Positions 53,125-64,000 of a stretch of 64,000 nucleotides of DNA are shown one piece after another. A program made the position numbers and the translations under genes. The DNA is taken from NCBI RefSeq assembly GCF_006345805.1, contig NC_043000.1, positions 95,542,001 to 95,606,000 of the forward strand. Direction: 5' to 3'. The number at the start of each line of letters is the position of its first letter. Position 1 is the stretch's first letter. Source of the stretch: Octopus sinensis (Eukaryota). The notes under the pieces are model-generated. The model made no database searches. It was not told where the DNA came from and worked only from the letters and a program-made list of their open reading frames with translations.

Positions 53125-56100
53125 TTAAACATCCCTCTTCCATGCTGGTTTGGGTTGGGTGGTTTGACATGATTCAAGCCCAAGGACTATGTTGAGCAAC
53201 AATGTCTGCATTAGCATGGTTTCTACAGCTGGATGACCTACCTGACATATACATATCTTTTATCTTTTACTTGCTTCAGTCATTGGGTTGTGGCCACACT
53301 GGAGCACTGCCTTGATAGATTTAGTCAAATCAAACGAACTTCAGTACCTTCTTTTTTTAACTCTGATTCTTATTCCATGAATCTTTTATGCTAAACCACT
53401 AAGTTACAAGGACATCAACAAACCAACAATAGTTGTCAAGTTTTAGAGGGAAAATACAAACAAAAAGGTGCATACACACACAGACAATGGGCTTCCACAC
53501 AGTTTCCATCTACCAAATTCACTCAGAAGACATTAGTTGGCCTGTGACTATAGAAGACACTTGCCCATGGTACCACACAGTGGGACTGAACTCAAAACCA
53601 GATGGTTGCAAAGCAACTTTCTTGACCACATGACCATCCTTTCCAGAGGTAGGATTGTCTTTTAGCCACTAAATAATACCAATTAATATCAAACTTCATA
53701 ACGATTTAGGAATTAACACTATCATATTACCAGTAATCATTTTTATTTCTATATGACCTACAACCTATGGACTTCAAATAAGCAACAATAAATGATAGAT
53801 GAATCAATAAATTTTTGTCTAATATATTCATGTTATTGAAGAATGGTCACATGACAGCATGGAAGCTATTAATGGGAGTAGTAGTGGAATAATTGCAAAG
53901 AACTTTGCTGGTGTCAAAAGGACTCAATTTAAAAACTAACTTCTGTTTATTAAGAAGAGCCATTTTACAAGGAAGTAAAAACTTGGCAAGCTGGCAGAAC
54001 AGTAAGCACATTGGGCAGATCTCTCAGAAGCATTTTTTCTGACTTTTTACATGCTAAGCTCAACTTTGCCTTTTATCTGTTCAGAGTTGATAAAATAAAG
54101 AACCAGTTAAGCACTGGGGTTGATGGAATTGATAAGCTCACTCCCCACAAAATTTCAGGCCTTGTGTCTATATTAAAAAGGATTATTAGAGAAGTTATGA
54201 CTAATGATATAATCAGGCTGTAAGTTTCGTCATCAGTATTGTTTATTTATCAAAAGTTTTATTCAGTACAAAATGTACTCTACTTCATAAGCCACATTTT
54301 AGCATTCATGCACACACACACACACACACGCATCATTGAGCTGTAATTAAACCAATGAGTGAAATGTATTACTGTACAGTATAGAGGGTGATGTTGCATG
54401 ATAGCGAGACACGAAGCACAGAAATTTGGTTTGTCTGTAGAGATTTTAGGAAAGTACTATGACATGGATTTCTGTTGAAATACACTGCTGTTATTTCAAT
54501 TAATTTTTGGAATATTTCACTCTAATAATGGAGAATTTAGTAAAATATTTTCAGTCATTAAGTTTATGTTTGGAATATAAATGAATGTGAAATTTCCATC
54601 AACAATTTTTAATTTTGGTAACTTTAAACAGGAAGTTTTTATCATAGAATCAAGGACAGTTTCAGGTGGGTTGTTATCAAAGGGATTAAGGCCATCAGCC
54701 AATGTAGGTGCAAAAGATTACTGTTTTGGCTGTTATTTCATTACATATCAGGTCTGATTGACCAGTCCTGTGACCAAACACATTCCAGTTGTGACTATCT
54801 CATTTGTCAGTATATCAAACACTATATTTTCTAATGTGCCTGGCATTCATTAAAATAGCAGGAGTATGATTTGAGTAAGATTTGGTGTCTACTTCTAGCA
54901 AGTCAAGCAACCATGTTAAAACTCTGTTCTTGGTTTGTGGTTGTGTGAGTCAAGATGTGGTAAAGATGCAATGCAGATGGTCATGAACATCAAGTGGAAA
55001 ATACTGTGCACCATCAGTGGAAGACACAAGTGGAAGACCAAGAATGACATGGAAATAATGGCGAGACAAAATCGCATAATGTTGAGTAAGAGGACAATAG
55101 ATAGAGATGATGTAGGATGACAAAAAGATAAAATAAATGTGTGGGAAAATCTGTACAGTAAAATGCTGATGATGAAAGAGATGGTGTATAACAAACGAAA
55201 ATATGGTACCTGAAGATATTAAAAATATACACCAATGGAAATATAGTGATGACCAATTTGGAAAGAAGCACTGAATTGTGTGATTTAAAACATAGACATT
55301 GGAATTGTTTGGAGTGAAACATTCCAAAAAGAATGTTAGGATTACTGTAATTTTTCCTAACCTTTTTGATACCAATCTGCCTAAGACTGCCTCTGGTTCT
55401 GTGACACAAACTTCCTCTTTGAAATGTTTTGAAGTGATCAAAATTAAAATCATTCTTTAGAATTTTCACACTGATTTATGTTTTAAATACAAGCTTAATA
55501 ATGATAAAGTTATTTTACAAAATTCTTCATAATTTTCAAAATTAATTGAAACAAAGGCTGTGCATTTCCACAGAAATATTTCTTTTAATTGATTCAGCCA
55601 TGCAGAAACATCTGGATTAAAAAGACTTTTATGGACATACCTTCCTACTTGCTTTTTGGGTGGTATTAGAGGGCCTGGATTTGGACAGGCCCTCTGATAC
55701 CAGGAAAGGTATGAATAGGGAGGAAAATCTAGAGGGACAACTATCTCAAGAGGAAGGACTGGGTATATTGGTTGGGGGTGGGGGCAGTGGTGGGGGTGGG
55801 CATAACATGAATAATAACAATAGGAGAAACAAAGTAAGTTCAGAGGAACTGAACGATGGTGGAATGAGACCAGCTAGCTCTGAAGAACAGAGGCCACTAT
55901 AGTAGCAGTACAAAAGGAAGAGAGAAGAGAGCACACCTGGAGGGCAGAGGCTGGAATGTCTGAGTGAATTTGTGCATTGTGACACATATCTCTAGGTAAC
56001 TTTTGTTTAGCTTAAGGCCAGCCTCAGTCAAGCAGACCAATATTCAAAGGCACTCTAGCTATGACCATCCTAACTTTACAGATATTGTTTATGTCAGTCA

Positions 56101-56705
56101 CACTACATCATTCAACTCATCCTTCTTTTAAGATGGTAATATCACTGGAGAGAGAATTGGTTGCTATTTCTAGCAGGTCAAGCAACTACATAAAATCGTT
56201 CTGGTTAGATAATAATCTAACATCATGAACACTAGGGTGATGTCTTCAACTAAGAAACGTGTGAACTGGGAAAATGTCTGAATACACCTTTGTGGCAGCA
56301 GTAAATTCTTGGTAAATTGAATTTTTGTAGCCTTTGTATTAATTCCTAGTTAGAGCCATTCATTTACTTCTTTAATACTCTTCAGAAAGCCTGGAATACT
56401 CCAAACTTAGAAAGTTTTATACTTAATTAACCCTAATGAGATTAACCCACATGGAGCAACCCCTAGTTCTATGATACAAACTTGTTTTAAAATGATCTAG
56501 ATGAAAATCTTTCACCAAAATCCCATGTTAATTTATGTTCCAGACACAAGCTCAACAATGACAGAGTTACTTTACTAAATTCTTTGTTATTTTCAAAATT
56601 AATTAAAACAAAGAAATGTGGTAACAAAAGGTGTGAATAATAATGATTTCTCACATATGCACAAGGTCAGAAATTTGGGGGTAGTGGAGGAAAGGCAATC
56701 AATTT

Positions 56706-56964
56706 CAGTTGTTCCCAAAGTGGGCGGTGGAAAGTTGAAGAAAAATGGGGTCATAATGGGGTGACCAAAACAGAGCAATGAATGTAAAAAAAAAAAATCA
56801 AACAAAATAAAGGGTTAATTTGTTTTATTTGTGAAATACTGTTATTTTGAATTTGCAGTAGAAAATGGTCTATGTCTGTGATGGCGAGTAGTGGGGCAGG
56901 GGGCACAAGGAATGTGTTCTTAGAACCATGGGGGCAGCAGCCTGAAAAAGTTTGGGAACCACTG
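56706..56964. mobile_element. hAT-type MITE
   Basis: TIRs CAGTTGTTCCCAAA and TTTGGGAACCACTG. No clear TSD. Confidence 0.6.
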
Positions 56965-57819
56965 AATTATATGAACCTCAGTGCTTGACTGATACTTTAC
57001 TTTCACATTATTGACCCCAGAAGAAGGAAAAGCAAAACTGGCCTGAGCAAGATTTGAACTCAAAACATAAGAGCTTGAACAAATAATACGAGGTACTTAT
57101 TTTATCGACCCCAAAAGGATGAAAGGCAAAATCAACCTTAGTGAAATCTGAACTCAGAACATGAGGACAAACGAAATGCCATGAAGCATTTTGTCCCCTG
57201 TGCCAACAATTCTACCAGATCACCAACTTAGTATTAGTAATATACTGGTTTCAAATTTTGGCACAAGGTCAGCAAGTTTGGGGGAAAGGGTTAGTCAATT
57301 ACATCACCCCCAGAGTTCAACTGATATTTATTTTACTGACCCTGAAAGGATGAAAAGCAAAGTCGAACTTGGTAGAATTTGAACTCAGAATGTGAGGAGA
57401 TGAAATGACACAAACATTTTGCCTGGCATGCTAACAATTCTGCCAGCTTCCCTCCTTAGTAACATATTGGTATTGATTAAGTTGATATCCTTTTCCTAAA
57501 ACACGTGGCCATGTGCCAATATTAGAAATCTCATATTAAAAGAGTTTGGTATTTAGTTATATTCCTTTACAGTTCAAATCCTGCTAAAACCTCTTATTCC
57601 TCCATGGTTGATGAAATAAAGTACCAAACAAGTACTGGGGGTTGGTTTAATCAACCAATCTGCCAACCAAAATTTACAGCCTTGCAACTATTTCAGAAAA
57701 TGGTTCAATCATTAGGCATCATTAGGCAAATGCTTTTTTCTAGTTCTTTATGTCAGAGTTCAAAAGTCACGGAGATCAACTTTGCCTTTCATCCTTATGG
57801 GATTGATAAAATAAAATAC

Positions 57820-58052
57820 CTATTTCTTTATTACCCACAAGGGGCTAAACACAGAGGGGACAAACAAGGACAGACATAGGTATTAAGTCGATTACATCGA
57901 CCCCAGTGCGTAACTGGTACTTAATTTATCGACCCCGAAAGGATGAAAGGCAAAGTCGACCTCAGCAGAATTTGAACTCACAACGTAACACAGACGAAAT
58001 ACCGCCTAGCATTTCGCCCGGCGTGCTAACGTTTCTGCCAGCTCGCTGCCTT
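57820..58052 (-). mobile_element. SINE (family C)
   Basis: GGCAGCGAGCTGGCAGAAACGTTAGCACGCC...GAGTTCAAATTC...CCTTTCATCCTTTCGGGGTCGATAAA. Many relatives (10500-10920, 12290-12700, 28320-28520, 30290-30650, 57020-57450). Confidence 0.78.
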
Positions 58053-58949
58053 TGAATAAAATACCGATTAAGTACTTGTCCCTTAGTAGAAAGGGTCATA
58101 ATCATCATCATCAAATATTTGTATATGAGTGAAAGAATATAATGCCAGGTAAAATTACATTTCAGCACTTAGTTTTGGCCCTCTAAGTTCCAAGATCAAA
58201 TCTCACTCAGAGTGAAGTTACTTTCACTTGTCAAGAGAAGCTAAAAATAAATGCCACTAATGTGATCATTCATATATCATTATTGATCATTCATTGGAAA
58301 TTCATGCTTGTGTGTGAATGCAATTCATCTTTCAAATGTAAACATCACTGCCTAAGTTGATAATTATAACGCTACAATTATTAAACTTCTAGATAACATT
58401 TTAATTGATAAGGTTATGTGACATTTAAATATCAATATTTTCAAGAACATATACAGACACACACACAAACATACATAAATGAATACACGTTAGTGCAGCC
58501 AAGCAAGAGAAAATAAAAGTACTCAGAATACAGTATTATATAATTTACACAACTTGAAAAATTCACAAATCATTACTCTGAGGTCTTCAGTTTTCCAGAT
58601 AATCTTCAGATGATTATCAACAACAAAAAACTAGGAGGAAACAACAAACAAAATTTCAACTTCCAATAAATTTTATATTGTATTTATTCATGTATAAGAC
58701 ACATTCTCTTCCTCACTAAAAATTACGATCACATGACTTCTGCAGCTGTGAGTACTGTTATGGCCTACTCTGTTGAGGTTCATATATCTCTTTCAAATCT
58801 GTTTTTGCTTCATCTAGGATACATAAACTTCGTCAATCTATTTTATATAGCAATAACAATAAATCAGACTAAACATACTTTCCCCATGCATCATAATACT
58901 AAAGAAAAGTTTACCATAAATAAGGCAACGTTTCATCAAATTACAGTAA

Positions 58950-59460
58950 TCATCATCATCGTTTAGCGTCCGTTTTCCATGCTAGCATGGGTTGGACGGT
59001 TCTACTGGGGTCTGTGAAGCCAGAAGGCTTCATCAGGCCCAGTCAAATCTGGCAGTGTTTCTACGGCTGGATGCCCTTCCTAACGCCAACCACTCCGAGA
59101 GTGTAGTGGGTGCTTTTTACGTGCCATCCGCACAGGTGCCAGATAGAGCTGGCAAACGACCACGAACGGATGGTGCTTTTTATGTGCCACCGGCACGAGG
59201 GCCAGGCGAGGCTGGCAACGGACACGAAACGGGGCGGTGCTGGCAACAGTCGCGAAACGGAAGGTTCTCTTACATGCCACCGGCACTGGTAACACATCTG
59301 CAATTTCCATTGATCGATATCGATTTCCGTTGATCGATTTCGATTCTGATCCTCACTTGCCTCAATGGGTCTTCACAAGTAGAGTTTCGACATGCCACCG
59401 GCACTGGTAACACATCTACAATTTCCATTGATCAATTTCGATTCTGATCCTCACTTGCCT
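58950..59460 (-). mobile_element. RTE 3'UTR fragment with a partial internal duplication
   Basis: Tail, core and VNTR units. CATGCCACCGGCACTGGTAACACATCT occurs twice (~59272 and ~59390). Confidence 0.85.
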
Positions 59461-60599
59461 AAGTACAAAAATCTTATGCTGAGTAAATTTTTTCATATGA
59501 CAAAAATATGTGCACACTCAATGTATAAGAATAATTATTTAATCACATTATTTTAGACAACTTTCTGTGCATACATTAATATCTTTTGTAAGCTGATTTC
59601 AAAATGCATAAGAATGTGCACAGTTGTGCAGATTAGAGGGAATAGTACACAAGAGATTTCAATGTCTATAATCACAGGTGACCATTATACTCAAGTGTGC
59701 ATAATATACAAATATATATATATAGATATATATAATCAATATTTTAGCATCAACATTACCATACTTGCAAAAGTCATGGAATTCGCTGAAGTAGATTTTC
59801 TATAACAAGATGCTCTTCCTGTTGCCAACCCTCACCTGTTTCCATGAAAGGTAATATTCCATATTATCAGATTTATTTTACCAGAAAACTGGAAATGAGC
59901 AATGGTGATGCTTGTTTACAATCAAGTGTTGTCAAAAGAGGACACAGACACAATGGGCTTCTTTCAGTTTGCATCAACCAAATCCACTTACAAGGCTTTG
60001 GTTGACCAAGGGCTATAGTAGAAGTCACTTATTCATCATGCTGTACAGTGGGACTGAACCTGAAACCACATAGTTGGGAAGCAAGTTTCTTAACTACACA
60101 GTTATACCTCACCCTTTCCTCTTATAATCCTCTCACTGTAGTCCTCAGGAGCAAGACAACCCTTGTGTTTCGGTGCCACAATAAAATTCAAACGGTACAA
60201 TTTGTAAAGTGGATAGCAATAAATAGGGCATCCAGCCATAGAAACCGTACCAAATGTTGAGCACAACACAAGACATTGTCCTGAAACATATGGGAAGGCA
60301 GTAACTAGAAATAAGAGCTGATATGGAGTCCAACCCATTCAGGCTTAGAAAAGCAGGCATAAAATGATGATGATATACTGTACATAGATGTGTGTGTGTG
60401 TGTACACACATACACACACAAATGTAGTGAAAAAAGAGGCATTTTAATTAAACACAATATTACATAATATTACACTATCTTGCATATTGTTACATGCTAA
60501 ATTATATGATGTACTTTGTTTACTATGGAAACATGCAGTAGTGCCCCAAATACTCATTTGTTTCATCTTTATTACTCTCTCTTTCATATATATATATAT

Positions 60600-60897
60600 C
60601 ACCATGATAACCATGACCAACCAGGCAATCAGATGTTGCTACACATCACTGGTCACAATGCGCTTCGCATTGTTTTAGCCTTCAAATGACACCACCCCGC
60701 TGGCTAAGCGAGCAGGCCAACAGAAGAAAGAGTGAGAGAAAGTTGTGGCTAAAGAGTACAGCAGGGATCGCCAACACCCCCTGCTGGAGCCTCGTGGAGC
60801 TTTTAGGTGTTTTCACTTAATAAACACTCACAACGCCCAGTCTGGGAATTGAAACCGCGAGTCCGCTGCCCTAACCACTGGGCCATTGTGCCTCCAC
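60600..60897 (-). mobile_element. tRNA-derived SINE (family A)
   Basis: Head GTGGAGGCACAATGGCCCAGTGG (A box)...GGTTTCAATTCCC (B box). Homolog at 41620-41920. Confidence 0.82.
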
Positions 60898-62246
60898 ACA
60901 CACATCATCATTTAGCGTCCGTTTTCCATGCTAGCATGGGTTGGACGGTTTAACTGGGGTCTGTGAAGCCGGAAGGCTTCATCAGGCCCAGTCAGATTTG
61001 GCAGTGTTTCTACGGCTGGATGCCCTTCCTAACGCCAACATGATTATATATATATATATATATATATATATGATAGACATAGACAGATATCTATACTTAT
61101 ACAAATATACAAACTTATATATCATCATCATCATCATCATCATTTAACGTCCGCTTTCCATTCTAGCATGGGTTGGACGGTTCAACTGGGGTCTGGGGAG
61201 CCCGAAAGCTGCACCAGTCCAGTCAGATCTGGCAGTGTTTCTACAGCTGGATGCCCTTCCTAATGCCAACCACTCCGAGAGTGTAGTGGGTGATTTTATG
61301 TGCCACCGACACAGTGCCAGACGAGGCTGGCAAACGGCCACGCTCGGATGGTGTTTTTATGTGCCACCGACACAGGTGCCAGACGAGGCTGGCAGACGGC
61401 CACACTCGGATGGTGTTTTTATGTGCCACCGACACAGGTGCCAGATGAGGCTGGCAAACGGCCACGATCGGATGGTGTTTGTTACGTGCCCACAGCACGG
61501 AGGCCAGTCGATGCGGTACTGGCTACGGCCACGTTCGGATGGTTTTCTTGTGTGCCACGTGCCTGGGCCATTGTGCCTCCACACACACATCATCATTTAG
61601 CGTCCGTTTTCCATGCTAGCATGGGTTGGACGGTTTAACTGGGGTCTGTGAAGCCGGAAGGCTTCATCAGGCCCAGTCAGATTTGGCAGTGTTTCTACGG
61701 CTGGATGCCCTTCCTAACGCCAACATGATTATATATATATATATATATATATATGATAGACATAGACAGATATCTATACTTATACAAATATACAAACTTA
61801 TATATCATCATCATCATCATCATCATTTAACGTCCGCTTTCCATTCTAGCATGGGTTGGACGGTTCAACTGGGGTCTGGGGAGCCCGAAAGCTGCACCAG
61901 TCCAGTCAGATCTGGCAGTGTTTCTACAGCTGGATGCCCTTCCTAACGCCAACCACTCCGAGAGTGTAGTGGGTGATTTTATGTGCCACCGACACAGGTG
62001 CCAGACGAGGCTGGCAAACGGCCACGCTCGGATGGTGTTTTTTATGTGCCACCGACACAGGTGCCAGACGAGGCTGGCAGACGGCCACACTCGGATGGTG
62101 TTTTTATGTGCCACCGACACAGGTGCCAGATGAGGCTGGCAAACGGCCACGATCGGATGGTGTTTGTTACGTGCCCACAGCACGGAGGCCAGTCGATGCG
62201 GTACTGGCTACGGCCACGTTCGGATGGTTTTCTTGTGTGCCATGTG
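60878..62246. repeat. 685-bp tandem duplication of RTE 3'UTR fragments and microsatellites
   Basis: CTGGGCCATTGTGCCTCCAC starts at 60878 and 61563. The units are near-identical. Confidence 0.92.
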
Positions 62247-62346
62247 CCACCGGCACTGGTACCACAAAGATACAAATTCCATTGATGTTCATCTATTTTG
62301 ATAAAATTGTCAGCTTTACTTTTTAACATAGAGGAAATTTACTCAC

Positions 62347-62411
62347 TGGATTATCAAAATCAGCATTTTGAAGAGGGTCCTCCGATAAACTGGTATCCAT
62401 TTCATTCTCAG
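62347..62411 (-). CDS. SIRT1: SIRT1 N-terminal exon, 65 nt: (x)ENEMDTSLSEDPLQNADFDNP
   Basis: Strong acceptor (tttttttgtctttttcag) and GTGAGT donor. Open acidic frame ending in phase 0, matching the next exon. In-frame ATG at 62400-62398 (GAAATGG) could be the start. Assignment rests on splice signals and phase, not homology. Confidence 0.7.
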
Positions 62412-63596
62412 CTGAAAAAGACAAAAAAATTCATAAAATATAAACTGTCCAGTAAATTAGGAACTGTTCAGTATACTCCATCACCAATGTTTTAACATCC
62501 ACATTTCCACGCTCATACAAGTCAGATGGAATTTGCTGAAGCAAGTTTTCTATGGCTGGATGTCCTTCCTGTCGCCAACCCTCATTTGTTTCCAAGTAAG
62601 GTAATATTTCCACATGACCAAATATGTTTTGACGAAAAAATTGGAAAAGAATGACACTGCTTGCATGACGCTGTCACTTGCTTACAACTATCACGCAATG
62701 TCAAGGCAAGGAGACAGTAACACACCACACACAAACATATTTAAGACAGACTTCTTTCAGTTACCATCTACCAAATTCACTCACAAGGCTTTGGTTGGCT
62801 CAAAGCTATAGAAGATACTTGCCCAAGGTGAAAGGCAGCAGGACTAAACCAAGTAGTTGGGAAGTAAGCTTCTTACCACATCATTGCACTGTTTTACATA
62901 AAGACAAGGATTTCTAAAGTAAGTACCATGTACATCATTCTCAAAAGCATTGAGATTATATCAGGCCAATCACTCTGTGGTCATCCAAACTGCTTGAAAT
63001 AGCAGCTAATTCTCCCTCAAACCACTCTTCAGTCATATGAGATAGGATACATTAGATATTGCCCTTCATACCCCAAAAATGACAAGATGACCATGACTAC
63101 ATACTGGAAAACGTTTGGTCATAGATCAGCTTGGTCAAGTATAATCTGGTGTTAAAGAGCAACAACTTATTAAAACTCAATAAAATTTTATGTCTGGTAC
63201 CAAAGAGCTGTGGGCATCTTGCATTAACATTTCCTGCACAAATAACAACAGAATTCCTTTAGTGGAACTTCTTGTCTGATGAAACTGTCTTCATTTTAGC
63301 AGAAAAAGCCAAACATCATGGCCAGAAATATGGCATAAGCACAGCCAAACACTTAAATTTTTAGTGGATTAAGATGAAGAGTGCAGTAGTACTTAGTTGT
63401 GCTGTATCCCATGTTCAAATCCCATTGCAGTTCGTTTTGGCCCTTCATCCCCCCAAAATTCATAAAATAAGTTACCAGCAATGTATATAAACTAAGAGGT
63501 GACTGACTCTGACTTGGCAATCTGTGCCTTTTCTCCATAAAAAGAATTTGTGCCCAATCAGAAGAATTAAGTACCAAATTTAATTCATATCAATGA

Positions 63597-63979
63597 TCTC
63601 TCTCTATATAAACGGCAGTTTGTCTGTGCGTGTTTCTGTGTGTCTGTTTTCTCGTACCCTCACCCTGACCACGGCTTTCAACCGATTCTGATGAAACTTG
63701 ACACACACATAGCCCAATGTCATAATTCAAAACTAACGCAGCAAAAATTTTGAAAAGTTCCCCCAGTTCTGAAAAAGATCGATAAATTCGACATGGGGTC
63801 GACAATCAGAAACAAACCACAGATGGTCTAGGGGACGCAACTCGACCTTTTTAACTATCAAAAAAAATTTACCATAATTTTTTCCCCCATTTTTTTGCTA
63901 TTTTTTGGCTATAACTCTCTAAAAATGCTTTATAGTTATTTCCCTTACAAACCCGAGCAACGCCGGGCGATACTGCTAG
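63597..63979 (+). mobile_element. Non-autonomous Helitron
   Basis: A|TC start, subterminal hairpin CCCG-AGCAACGC-CGGG, CTAG|T end. Same family as 29561-29925. Confidence 0.88.
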
Positions 63980-64000
63980 TTTATTTATATATCTTTTATC

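Noticed and set aside
54214-54245. CTGATGA-C-GAAA on the minus strand (and CTGATGA near 51590)
   Set aside because: No stem II or no correctly spaced stems I and III, so these are chance core matches.
54517-54702. ORF 'MADGLNP...' resembling the SIRT1 start (MADE...)
   Set aside because: It begins at TTG, not ATG, lies inside a copy of the piggyBac-type MITE family, and has no usable donor.
60860-60897. tRNA-like sequences (also 41860-41920 and other SINE heads)
   Set aside because: A and B boxes are present but there is no complete cloverleaf; they continue into SINE bodies.
61144-62329. Recurrent peptides such as EWLALGRASSCRN and FLQLDALPNANHS in many short ORFs
   Set aside because: Translations of the non-coding RTE 3'UTR repeat, in both orientations and all frames.

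Overview
This is eukaryotic, AT-rich, repeat-dense genomic DNA; the repeat landscape suggests an octopod cephalopod (inference only). The one host gene is SIRT1 (class I NAD-dependent deacetylase) on the minus strand. Ten GT-AG exons from 62411 down to a TAA at 17485-17487 splice into about 735 codons, and the 5' end probably lies beyond the window. Four catalytic-domain exons (153, 148, 80, 187 nt) match the human SIRT1 exon 4-7 sizes as I recall them. The introns and downstream flank contain a young 5'-truncated RTE LINE with an 11-bp TSD, many RTE 3'UTR fragments, tRNA-derived SINEs, five Helitron-type elements, piggyBac/hAT/Tc1-type MITEs, a decayed Penelope-like element and large microsatellites. 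There is one 100-N gap. Highlights: (1) three hammerhead-ribozyme-like loci, one nearly intact; (2) a genomic His codon (CAC) at the normally conserved Arg of LLRNYTQNID, one A-to-I edit away from Arg; (3) a hAT MITE apparently inflated to 12 kb by nested insertions; (4) a composite of an RTE tail with a ~156-bp G-rich VNTR; (5) a Myb/SANT-like plus CCCH ORF; (6) a perfect 146-bp palindrome in a SIRT1 intron.
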